Positions 8,713-16,839 are shown, counted from the first letter of the stretch. The stretch: DNA of 16,839 nt from an uncultured Janthinobacterium sp. (GCA_964658025.1 CAZZXB010000064.1:1-16839), one strand, 5' to 3'. A program made the numbers and translations. Notes: a model not told the origin generated them from the letters alone.

Positions 8713-10116
8713 ATGAACGGTAATCGCGCGATCGGGCGACTCGTGCGGATCTTTCTCGTCGCCTACGCGATCCTGGCGCTCCGACAGATCTACGTGCAGA
8801 TCGTCGCGGGACCGCGGCTCGCGACGAATCCGTACAATCCGCGCGTCCGCGGTCTCGACGCCTATCGCGGCTCGATCCTCGCGCGAGACGGATCGGTGCT
8901 CGCGCGCTCGTCGTCGCGCGGGCGGGTCTACCCCTTCGGCGGCGCGCTCGCGCACGCGATCGGCTACGACTCCGCGCGCTACGGGACGGCCGGGCTCGAA
9001 GCGTCGTTCGATGCGGCGCTCGCGGCGCATCCGGTGCCGAGCGACGCGTTCGCGCAGATCGCGACGCTCGTGCACGCGCGCGCGCCCGAACCCGCAGTCC
9101 GCGGCGCGTCGCTCGTGACGACGATCGATCCGCATCTCGAGCGCGTGCTCGCGAGCTCGCTCGCGAACTATCCGCGCGCCGCCGGGATCGCGCTCGATCC
9201 GCGCACGGGCGAGGTGCTCGCGCTCGCGAGCGTGCCGACGTTCGATCCCGCGAGCGTCGACCGCACGTTCTCGACGCTCGCCCACGACCGGACGAGTCCG
9301 CTCCTCGACCGGTCGCTCGACGGACTCTATCCGCCGGGTTCGACGTTCAAGATCTTCACGGCGGGTGCCGCGCTCGACGCCGGAACGGTGACGACGGCGT
9401 CGACGTGGGACGACGACGGCGCGTTTCCCGTCGGTCGTTTCGTCGTCCACGACAACGAAGGCGAGGCGACGGGCCGGCAAGATCTCGCGGGCGCGTTCGC
9501 GCTTTCGAGTAACGTCGATTTCGCGCAGATCGCGCTCGGGCTCGGCGTCGACGGATGGTACGCGGCGGCGCGGAATTGGAAGCTCGGCGAGTCGCTCGGC
9601 TTCGATCTCCCCGTCGAACGCGACCGCCTGCCCGCACGCGCGGAACTCACCCCGAGCGTGCTCGCGCAACTCGGTTTCGGCCAGGCGGATCTGCTCGTGA
9701 CGCCGCTGCGCATGGCGACGATCGCGGCGACCGTCGCCGCCGGCGGATCGATGCCGCGACCGTTTCTCGTTCGGGCCTTGCGAGCGGACGGCCGCGATCG
9801 CATCGTCGGCCGCCCGGAGACGCTCGCGACGCCCCTCTCCTCGGGCTCCGCCGCCGACCTGACCGCGATGATGATCGCGGTGGTCGCGCGCGGCACGGGT
9901 CGGGCCGCCGCGATCGACGGAACGACCGTCGCCGGCAAGACGGGGACCGCGACGAACCCTGCGGGAAGATCGCACGCATGGTTCGTCGCCTTCGCTCCGG
10001 CCGCCGCACCACGGATCGCGGTCGCGATCGTCGTGGAGAATGCGGGCTACGGCGGGGTCGTCGCGGCGCCGATCGCGCGTCGCGTGATCGCGGCGGCGTT
10101 GGGACGCGATGGCTGA
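8713..10116 (+). CDS. pbpA: Class B penicillin-binding protein (PbpA-like transpeptidase)
   Basis: N-terminal TM, 'RGSILARDG', 'RVYPFG', catalytic SxxK 'YPPGSTFK', SxN 'SSNVDF', KTG 'AGKTGTA', 'HAWFVAFAP'. Confidence 0.93.
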   Translation: MNGNRAIGRLVRIFLVAYAILALRQIYVQIVAGPRLATNPYNPRVRGLDAYRGSILARDGSVLARSSSRGRVYPFGGALAHAIGYDSARYGTAGLEASFDAALAAHPVPSDAFAQIATLVHARAPEPAVRGASLVTTIDPHLERVLASSLANYPRAAGIALDPRTGEVLALASVPTFDPASVDRTFSTLAHDRTSPLLDRSLDGLYPPGSTFKIFTAGAALDAGTVTTASTWDDDGAFPVGRFVVHDNEGEATGRQDLAGAFALSSNVDFAQIALGLGVDGWYAAARNWKLGESLGFDLPVERDRLPARAELTPSVLAQLGFGQADLLVTPLRMATIAATVAAGGSMPRPFLVRALRADGRDRIVGRPETLATPLSSGSAADLTAMMIAVVARGTGRAAAIDGTTVAGKTGTATNPAGRSHAWFVAFAPAAAPRIAVAIVVENAGYGGVVAAPIARRVIAAALGRDG

Positions 10117-12214
10117 ATCCGAAAGCGCGCCGCGCGTGATCGAGCGCAATCTCTCCGAGCGATATCGGCTCGAAGGCCGGATCGGTCAGGGCGGCATGGC
10201 GATCGTGTACGCGGGCGTCGACAGCGTGTTGCGCCGTCGCGTCGCGATCAAGGTCTTGCGCGACGACCTCGCGGCCGACGCCGATTTCGTCGCGCGTTTC
10301 TACACCGAAGCGCAACACGCCGCGCGACTCTCGCATCCGAACATCGTCAACATCTACGACGTCGGCCGCGAGGGCGAGAGTTATTTCATCGTGATGGAGC
10401 TCGTGGAGGGCGCGACGCTCGCCGAGATGATCCGAAACGGCGAGCGACTCCCCGAAGCCGTCGCGATCGATTTCGCGATCCAGATCTGCGTCGGGCTCGC
10501 GTACGCGCACCGTCAGGGGATCTTGCATCGCGACGTCAAGCCCGCGAACATCCTCGTCACGAAGGACGACGTCGTCAAGCTCTCCGATTTCGGCATCGCG
10601 CGCGCGGTGACGTCGCAGACGGTCTCGGTGACGATGCCGGGCATGGTGATGGGAAGCGTTCACTTCATGTCGCCCGAGCAGGCGCAAGGGAACGAAACGC
10701 AGGTCGCGAGCGATCTCTACAGTCTCGGCATCGTGCTCTACGTCATGCTCACCGGAAAGCTGCCGTATACGGGCGATTCGCCCGTGACCGTCGCGCTCAA
10801 GCACGTCTCCGCGCCCGTTCCCGCGGTCGACGCCGAAGATCCGGCGATCGGCGCGGCGATCTCGGCGATCGTTTCACGACTGATGCAAAAGGATCCGGCG
10901 GCGCGATTCGCCTCGGCGCTCGACGTGTCGAAGGCGCTGCGCGAGGCGCGCGAACGCCCGAACGCCGAAGCGCCGTTCGATCGCCCCCCGGGGAGCGTGC
11001 CGCGTCCGGTCCTCCCGCCGCTCAAGCCGCGTCCCTCGAAGTTTCCCGATCGCGCGCCGGGCGCTGCGCGCGCGGACGAGTCGGAAACGCCGGCGTCGCG
11101 CGGGATTCCGCGACTCGCCGCCGTCGCGCTCGCGCTCTGCGCGCTCGCGATCGCGATCGTCGCGGGCTATTATTCGAATATCGCGAACGCGGTCGGCGGG
11201 AAGCCGGGGACGATCGTCGTGGCATCGGTCGTGGGCGCGACGCTCGACGACGCGGAGCGCCGGTTGGCGGCGAGCGGGTTGAAGTACTCGATCGCGAGCG
11301 TGTCGAGCGATCGCGTCGCGGCGGATCGCGTCGTCCGGCAAGATCCGAGCGCGAACGCGCGCGTGGCGCCGGGCACGATCGTCACGATCACGGCGAGCAC
11401 GGGCCTCCCCGTCGTGCAACTCATCGATATCCGTCGGTACTCGCGCGACGACGCCGAGCGCTACCTGCGCGACGCGAAACTCGTGCCGAAGGTCGTCGGA
11501 CGGTACGATCGGTCGCCGAGCGGGACCGTGCTCGATCAGAAACCGGCGGCCGGCGCCTCGATCCCGATCCGCTCGAAGGTCGTGCTCGTCGTCTCGAAGG
11601 GTTTGCAGCCCGTCGCCGTCCCCGATATCGCGTCGGAGACGCTCGACGACGCGACGAAGGAGCTGCGCGGCCGCGGCCTCGGCGTGACGGTCGCCGAACG
11701 CGACCAGAGCGATCAGATTCCGGCGGGCGTCGTCATGGCGCAGAGTCCGGCGGCTGGTGCGGACGTCGATCCCGGCTCGTCCGTGCAGGTGACGGTGAGC
11801 GCGGGGCCGCCGCAACTGCGCGTTCCGGGCGTCGCCGGAAAGACGGCATCGGACGCGGCGAACGCGCTCGCCGCCGTCGGCTTGCGGACGACGACCGAAT
11901 ACGTCGTCGATTCGAGCGCCGATGCGGGGACCGTGCTCAAGCAAGATCCGGCACCCGACGTGCAGGCGAAGAAGGGCGCGAGCGTCACGCTCTCGGTCGC
12001 GGCGCCGGGCGTCGTCCCCGACGTCTCGGGAAAATCTCCCGCGGTCGCGCAGACGATGCTCGAGAATGCGGGCTACAAGGTCGGCAACCTCGCGTACGTC
12101 CAGGAGGGCACGGAGGGGACGGTCGCGCGGACGGAACCCGCGGCGAGCACGGCGCTCCCGCCCGGCGAGACCGTGATGATGTTCGTGAGCGGCGTCTCGC
12201 CGAGCGGGCAATGA
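10109..12214 (+). CDS. pknB: Stk1/PknB/PrkC-family PASTA-domain Ser/Thr protein kinase
   Basis: 'IGQGGMAIVY', 'VAIKVL', 'HRDVKPANIL', 'DFGIAR', 'GSVHFMSPEQ', Pro-rich juxtamembrane linker, one TM, five PASTA-like repeats. Confidence 0.95.
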   Translation: MAESESAPRVIERNLSERYRLEGRIGQGGMAIVYAGVDSVLRRRVAIKVLRDDLAADADFVARFYTEAQHAARLSHPNIVNIYDVGREGESYFIVMELVEGATLAEMIRNGERLPEAVAIDFAIQICVGLAYAHRQGILHRDVKPANILVTKDDVVKLSDFGIARAVTSQTVSVTMPGMVMGSVHFMSPEQAQGNETQVASDLYSLGIVLYVMLTGKLPYTGDSPVTVALKHVSAPVPAVDAEDPAIGAAISAIVSRLMQKDPAARFASALDVSKALREARERPNAEAPFDRPPGSVPRPVLPPLKPRPSKFPDRAPGAARADESETPASRGIPRLAAVALALCALAIAIVAGYYSNIANAVGGKPGTIVVASVVGATLDDAERRLAASGLKYSIASVSSDRVAADRVVRQDPSANARVAPGTIVTITASTGLPVVQLIDIRRYSRDDAERYLRDAKLVPKVVGRYDRSPSGTVLDQKPAAGASIPIRSKVVLVVSKGLQPVAVPDIASETLDDATKELRGRGLGVTVAERDQSDQIPAGVVMAQSPAAGADVDPGSSVQVTVSAGPPQLRVPGVAGKTASDAANALAAVGLRTTTEYVVDSSADAGTVLKQDPAPDVQAKKGASVTLSVAAPGVVPDVSGKSPAVAQTMLENAGYKVGNLAYVQEGTEGTVARTEPAASTALPPGETVMMFVSGVSPSGQ

Positions 12215-12720
12215 TGCGCGTCCTCGGCGTCGATCCGGGTTTGCGCGTGACGGGCTACGGCGCCGTCGATTGCGCGCGCGACGCGGCGCGGCTCGTGGAA
12301 GCGGGCGTCATCGCACCCGAGACGAGCGGGCCGCTCGAGCGCCGCCTCGGCGAGCTCCACGCCGGAATGTCCGCGGTGCTCGCGGCGACGCGTCCGGACG
12401 TGATGGTGATCGAAGAACTCTGGACGGCGTACAAAAATCCGACGACGGCCGTGCTCATGGGTCACGCGCGCGGCGTGCTCTGCCTCGCGGCGCACGCGCA
12501 CGGCGTCGGCGTGCGCCATCTCGTCCACTCGCACGTGAAGCGCGCGCTCACGGGATCGGGCGCCGCGCGCAAGGAGCAAGTGAAGCGGATGGTGATGCTG
12601 CAACTCGCGCTGCGCGTCGCCCCGCAACCGGACGACGTCTCCGACGCGCTCGCGCTCGCGCTCGCCTTCGCGAACATCGATCGCGGCGAACGCCGTCTCG
12701 CGCGCGCCGGGATCGCGTAG
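12211..12720 (+). CDS. ruvC: Holliday junction resolvase RuvC
   Basis: 'VLGVDPGLRVTGYG', 'VIEE', 'VKRALTGSGAARKEQV', 'PDDVSDALALA'. Catalytic acidic residues are present. Start is 12211 or 12214 (ATGATG). Confidence 0.96.
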   Translation: MMRVLGVDPGLRVTGYGAVDCARDAARLVEAGVIAPETSGPLERRLGELHAGMSAVLAATRPDVMVIEELWTAYKNPTTAVLMGHARGVLCLAAHAHGVGVRHLVHSHVKRALTGSGAARKEQVKRMVMLQLALRVAPQPDDVSDALALALAFANIDRGERRLARAGIA

Positions 12721-12723
12721 CGC

Positions 12724-13353
12724 GTGTTCTCGCGGATCGTCGGCACGATCGTCGAGCGGACGGCCGCGAACGTGGTGCTCGACGTCGGAGGCCTCGCGTA
12801 CGATATCGTGCTCGCGCCGTGCGTCGCGGAAAAATTGCCGGTCGCGATCGGCGAACGCGTGACCCTCGAGATCCACCCGGCGTTCACGCTCGAAGGGAAC
12901 AGCGGGCGCTTCACGTTTTTCGGATTCACGAACGCGGTCGAGCGCGAGTTCTTCGAGTCGCTCATCACGGTCGCGAGCATCGGACCGAAAACGGCGGCGC
13001 GCGCGTTCTCGCAACCGATGGCGCGTATCGCTCGCGCGATCGACGCGGGCGATCACGGCTTTCTCGTCAAGTTGCCCGGGATCGGGCAACAGAAGGCGCG
13101 CGATATCGTCGCGAAACTGCAGGGCAAGGTCACGAAGTTCTTGCTCATCCGGGACGCGGAGCCGCGAAAGGTCGCGACGATTCCGGATTTCGCGGAAGAG
13201 GCGCTCCTGGTCTTACTGCAACTCGAATACAAACGCGCCGAGGCCGTGGCGATGATCTCCGAGACGCTCGAGGCGGTCCCGTCGATCCGCGACGCCGAGA
13301 CGTTACTCGCGGAAGTGTATCGCGTGAAGAACCGCCGTCTCGAGGCATCGTAG
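12724..13353 (+). CDS. ruvA: Holliday junction branch migration protein RuvA
   Basis: 'VVLDVGGLAYDI', 'FFGF...EREFFESLITVASIGPK', HhH 'LPGIGQQKARDIV', domain III 'EALLVLLQLEYKRAEA'. Located between ruvC and ruvB. Confidence 0.93.
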   Translation: MFSRIVGTIVERTAANVVLDVGGLAYDIVLAPCVAEKLPVAIGERVTLEIHPAFTLEGNSGRFTFFGFTNAVEREFFESLITVASIGPKTAARAFSQPMARIARAIDAGDHGFLVKLPGIGQQKARDIVAKLQGKVTKFLLIRDAEPRKVATIPDFAEEALLVLLQLEYKRAEAVAMISETLEAVPSIRDAETLLAEVYRVKNRRLEAS

Positions 13354-13398
13354 CCGCGCGAAAAGCACCTCGGCTCGCGGTAGCGAACGCACGACGCG

Positions 13399-14469
13399 AT
13401 GGATGAAGCGCGCGCGCGGCGGGTCGTGCTCGGACCGTCCGATGCGGGCGAACGACTCGTTGCGCCCGAGGAAGCGGTCGAAGAAGAGTTCGTCGGCGCG
13501 AGCCTGCGACCGCGCACCTTCGACGATTACGTCGGTCAGGCCGAGGTCGTCGAGAATCTCAAGATCGCGATCGACGCGGCGAAGCGACGCGGCGACGTGC
13601 TCGATCACGTGTTGTTCTACGGGCCGCCGGGTCTCGGGAAAACGACGCTCGCGTCGCTGATCGCGCGCGATCTCGGACGGGCGCTCCGGCCGACGTCGGG
13701 GCCGACGCTCGACAAGCCGAAGGATCTCGTGGGGATCCTCACCTCGTTACAGGCGGGCGACGTGCTCTTCATCGACGAGATCCACCGCCTCGGCGCGGTC
13801 GTCGAAGAATTTCTCTATCCCGCGATGGAAGATTTTCGCGTCGACATCGTGATGGACAGCGGCGCGTTCGCGAAGACGTACAAGATTCCGGTCGAACGCT
13901 TCACGCTCGTCGGCGCCACGACGCGCGCCGGAATGCTCTCGGCGCCGCTGCGCGAGCGGTTCGGATTGAACTATCACTTCGAATATTATTCCGACGAGGA
14001 GCTCGTGCGGATCGTGACGCGCAGCGCCGCACTCCTCGAGGTGCCGATCGATCCGGCGGGTGCGGAGACGATCGCGGGACGGAGTCGCGGGACGCCGCGG
14101 ATCGCGAATCGCCTCCTGCGACGCGTGCGCGATTTCGCGGAAGTCCGCGCCGACGGCAAGGTGACGCGCGAGGTGGCGAACGAGGCGTTATTGCGCGAAG
14201 GCGTCGACGAACGCGGACTCGATCGGTTGGATCGCGCGTATCTGCGGACGATCGCGGATCAATACCGCGGCGGTCCGGCGGGGCTTTCGGCGATCGCCGC
14301 GACGCTGACGGAAGATGCGGAAACGCTCGAGGACGTCGTGGAGCCGTATCTGCTCAAGATCGGGTTCGTGTTGCGCACCGCGAGCGGTCGGAAGGTCACG
14401 CCCGCCGCCTACGATCATCTCGGGCTCGCGCGGACCGAGGAATCCGAGCGACAGCCGAAACTGTTTTAG
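13399..14469 (+). CDS. ruvB: Holliday junction branch migration DNA helicase RuvB
   Basis: 'SLRPRTFDDYVGQ', Walker A 'GPPGLGKTT', Walker B 'LFIDEIHRL', 'FTLVGATTRAG', 'SRGTPRIANRLLRRVRD', 'EPYLL'. Confidence 0.98.
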   Translation: MDEARARRVVLGPSDAGERLVAPEEAVEEEFVGASLRPRTFDDYVGQAEVVENLKIAIDAAKRRGDVLDHVLFYGPPGLGKTTLASLIARDLGRALRPTSGPTLDKPKDLVGILTSLQAGDVLFIDEIHRLGAVVEEFLYPAMEDFRVDIVMDSGAFAKTYKIPVERFTLVGATTRAGMLSAPLRERFGLNYHFEYYSDEELVRIVTRSAALLEVPIDPAGAETIAGRSRGTPRIANRLLRRVRDFAEVRADGKVTREVANEALLREGVDERGLDRLDRAYLRTIADQYRGGPAGLSAIAATLTEDAETLEDVVEPYLLKIGFVLRTASGRKVTPAAYDHLGLARTEESERQPKLF

Positions 14470-14543
14470 CGGAGGCGCTTTCTCGCGACCGAACGCCCGT
14501 GGTTTCTAGGTTTGCGCGATGCGGCGTAGAACGGAATCCGTCA

Positions 14544-15626
14544 ATGCGACGTCCTGACGGTTCGGGCCGCGTCGAACGGAGCGAAGATCGATCGGGGGGC
14601 TCCGCGTCCCGAGGTCGTTTCGTCGCGCGTTGCGCGGTGCTGATGGCGGCTTCGGTGTTCCCGCGCGCGGCGCGCGCGACGGGCGGGCTCGACGTCGACG
14701 CGTCGGGCGAGGTCGTGGCGCGGATGCGCGTGCTGCTCGCGACCGGTTCGTTTCCGGCGGCGCAGCCGATCGACGCGTGGCATTTCGCGTGGAACGGCCG
14801 GACGTATCGGGGGTCGTTCGAGACCGTCGCGTTGCCCGGAGGCGAGAACGGGCTCGTCAACACGTTGCCGCTCGACGCCTATCTCTACGGCGTGCTCAGC
14901 AAAGAGATCTCGCCGTCGTGGGTCCCCGCGACGCAGCAGGCGCAGGCGATCGTCACGCGGACGTACTCGCTCTTCAAGCTCAAGCCCGAGCGTGCGTACG
15001 ACGTGATCGCGGGCGACGCGGATCAGAATTACGGCGGCATCGAGAGCGAATCGGTCGAGGGTCGCGCCGCGATCGACGCGACGTCGTCGACGATCGTCAC
15101 CTACGACGCGAAGCCCGCGCACGTCGCCTACAGCGCGTGTTGCGGCGGCGCGACGGCGGACTCGGGCGAGATCTGGAACACGGCGTATCCGTATCTGCGG
15201 AGCGTCCCCGATCCGAACTGCGCGAGCGCGCCGAATTATGCGTGGCGGGCGAGCGTCTCGCTCGACGCGGTCGAGGGCGCGCTCGGGCGCGAGCTCACGA
15301 CGTGCGGGCGCGTGAAGGACGTGGCGCTGCGGATCGATCCGCCGGGCGTCCGTCCGCGCGCGATCGCGTTCGACGGCGACGTGTCGAGCGTCGAGACGCC
15401 GATCGGTATCTTTCGCTCGAAGCTCGGTCCCAACGTCGTGCGCTCGTCGTTCGTCCGAACGGCGTCGCTCGATCGCGGCGGCGCGACGATCGCGCTCGCG
15501 GGGACGGGGCGCGGGCACGGGGTCGGGCTCTGCCAGTGGGGCGCGCGCGTACTCGGCGCGGGCGGCGCGAGCGCGGCCGACATCGTGGCGTTCTACTTTC
15601 CGGGGACGTCGCTCGGTCGGGCTTGA
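14544..15626 (+). CDS. SpoIID/LytB-domain protein (putative lytic transglycosylase), exported
   Basis: 'YRGSF', 'LVNTLPLDAYLYGVLSKEI' (catalytic Glu position), 'AQAIVTRTY', 'DQNYGG', 'YPYLRSVPDP', 'GRGHGVGLCQWGA'. Start uncertain; ATG 14544 chosen. Confidence 0.92.
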   Translation: MRRPDGSGRVERSEDRSGGSASRGRFVARCAVLMAASVFPRAARATGGLDVDASGEVVARMRVLLATGSFPAAQPIDAWHFAWNGRTYRGSFETVALPGGENGLVNTLPLDAYLYGVLSKEISPSWVPATQQAQAIVTRTYSLFKLKPERAYDVIAGDADQNYGGIESESVEGRAAIDATSSTIVTYDAKPAHVAYSACCGGATADSGEIWNTAYPYLRSVPDPNCASAPNYAWRASVSLDAVEGALGRELTTCGRVKDVALRIDPPGVRPRAIAFDGDVSSVETPIGIFRSKLGPNVVRSSFVRTASLDRGGATIALAGTGRGHGVGLCQWGARVLGAGGASAADIVAFYFPGTSLGRA

Positions 15627-15693
15627 GTTCGGGTTTGGCGTGCGAAACCGGTGCATCGATACGTATGGAAGCGCTGCGAGGGCCGCTTGGGCC

Positions 15694-15733
15694 GCGTGGG
15701 GCCGGCCGCGTGTCGGTCGGGGCGCGCTTTTTT
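15694..15733 (+). terminator. Putative intrinsic terminator/attenuator hairpin followed by T6
   Basis: gcgtg(15694-98)/cgcgc(15723-27) and ccggccg(15702-08)/cggtcgg(15714-20) pair (with G-U) around the loop cgtgt, directly followed by tttttt (15728-33). Confidence 0.4.
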
Positions 15734-15747
15734 GAAGGCGCGGCGTG

Positions 15748-16833
15748 ATGGCTGACGACGACGACGACGAGTCGTCGCTGACGCGGGCGTATCGCTACGA
15801 GCTGCCGCCGGAATTGATCGCGACGACGCCCGCGGATCCGCCGGACTCGGCGAGGTTGCTCGTCGTCGGCACGGATGGTTTCGAACATCTCACCTTCGCG
15901 GCGTTTCCGTCGCTGTTACGTACCGGAGACGTGCTCGTCGTGAACGAGACGCGGGTGATCCGCGCGCGCTTGCGGGGCGCGCGCGTCCCCGGCGGCGGCG
16001 GCGCAGAAGTCCTGTTACTCCGGCCGAGTGCGGGCGGGCGTGTCGACGCGTCGGTCGTCGAGTGGGACGCGCTCGTGCGTCCGGGCCGTCGTCTGCGCGA
16101 GGGTGCCGTCGTCGCGTTCGGTGAGGACGGCGAGGCGCGGATCGTCGGCGTCGACGACGGCGGCGTGCGACGGGTGCGGCTCACGCTGCGCGTGCCCCTC
16201 GAGGAGTTGTTGGAGCGTTACGGTGAGATGCCGTTACCGCCGTACGTCGGCGACGGCGACGCCGCGCGATCGTTACGGTACCAAACGATCTTCGCCCGCG
16301 TGCCGGGGAGCGTCGCGGCGCCGACCGCCTCGTTACATTTTACCGAGCGGGTGTTCGCCGAGATTCGCGACCGCGGCGTGACGATCGCGCCGCTCGTCCT
16401 CGATGTGGGACTCGGGACGTTCCGGCCGATCGAGTCGGAGACGATCGACGAGCATCGCATGCACGCGGAGCGATACGAGATTCCGGAAGAGACCGCGCGC
16501 GTCGTTCGAGAAGCGAAACGAGAGGGACGACGTGTGGTCGCCGCGGGGACGACGGTCTTGCGCGCGCTCGAGTCGTCGGCCGCGAGCTCGGCGTCCGGGT
16601 CCGTGGACTCCGGAAGCGCGGAGGCGACGTTGTTCGTCCGACCCGGCTTCACGTTTCGCGTGGTCGACGCGCTCCTCACGAACTTTCATCTGCCGGCATC
16701 GACGTTGCTCGTGCTCCTGTCGGCGTTCGCCGGTGCGGAGCGGATCCGCGAAACGTACGCGACCGCGATCGCCGAACGCTACCGGTTCTACTCCTTCGGA
16801 GATGCGATGTTCGTTCGACGATACGATCGGTAG
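15748..16833 (+). CDS. queA: S-adenosylmethionine:tRNA ribosyltransferase-isomerase QueA
   Basis: 'YELPPELIA', 'LVVNETRVIRARL', 'GEMPLPPYV', 'YQTIFA..PGSVAAPTASLHF', 'VGLGTFRP', 'GTTVLRALES', 'LLTNFHLP', 'YRFYSFGDAM'. Alternative start GTG 15745. Confidence 0.98.
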   Translation: MADDDDDESSLTRAYRYELPPELIATTPADPPDSARLLVVGTDGFEHLTFAAFPSLLRTGDVLVVNETRVIRARLRGARVPGGGGAEVLLLRPSAGGRVDASVVEWDALVRPGRRLREGAVVAFGEDGEARIVGVDDGGVRRVRLTLRVPLEELLERYGEMPLPPYVGDGDAARSLRYQTIFARVPGSVAAPTASLHFTERVFAEIRDRGVTIAPLVLDVGLGTFRPIESETIDEHRMHAERYEIPEETARVVREAKREGRRVVAAGTTVLRALESSAASSASGSVDSGSAEATLFVRPGFTFRVVDALLTNFHLPASTLLVLLSAFAGAERIRETYATAIAERYRFYSFGDAMFVRRYDR

Positions 16834-16839
16834 GCGTCG

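Noticed and set aside
12211..12720. RuvC as a Cas/TnpB-type nuclease
   Set aside because: It is a 169-aa canonical resolvase within ruvCAB, with no array or transposon features.
14508..14532. SigH-like promoter AGGT-N17-GAAC upstream of the SpoIID gene
   Set aside because: Only a partial match to the AGGA...GAAT consensus; not distinguishable from chance without TSS data.
14544..15626. SpoIID as evidence of sporulation
   Set aside because: SpoIID/LytB-domain genes next to ruvB/queA occur in non-sporulating bacteria, and there are no other sporulation genes here.
15754..15768. (GAC)5 repeat encoding poly-Asp at the QueA N-terminus
   Set aside because: Short in-frame trinucleotide run in a variable N-terminal tail. 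Slippage would not shift frame, and GAC/GTC runs are common in this window.
8590..16689. Antisense/alternate ORFs such as 8590..10149 -, 10874..12211 -, 12270..13406 +, 14541..15656 -, 14630..15748 +
   Set aside because: Shadow ORFs of pbpA, pknB, ruv, spoIID and queA with no independent evidence.

Overview
Very GC-rich bacterial chromosomal window with two divergent, tightly packed gene runs. Minus strand (7859 to beyond base 1): OmpR-family response regulator, sensor His kinase, RND permease, TolC-family outer-membrane factor and a periplasmic adaptor (MFP) that runs off the left edge and is missing from the ORF track. Plus strand (7938-16833): uncharacterised protein with a Cys-rich LIM/treble-clef-like motif, class B PBP (PbpA-like), 5-PASTA Ser/Thr kinase (PknB/PrkC-like), ruvC-ruvA-ruvB, SpoIID/LytB-domain protein and queA. 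A tripartite TolC pump beside a PASTA kinase suggests a diderm Terrabacteria lineage (e.g. Ca. Eremiobacterota; inference only). No RNA genes, mobile elements or CRISPR arrays were seen. Best leads: the LIM-like Zn-finger orphan heading a pbpA-pknB-ruvCAB run; an efflux pump with a ~95-aa Ser/Pro/Thr insert in TolC and a ~174-aa adaptor hairpin; a candidate regulator-activated internal promoter before the pump; and a terminator/attenuator-like leader before queA.
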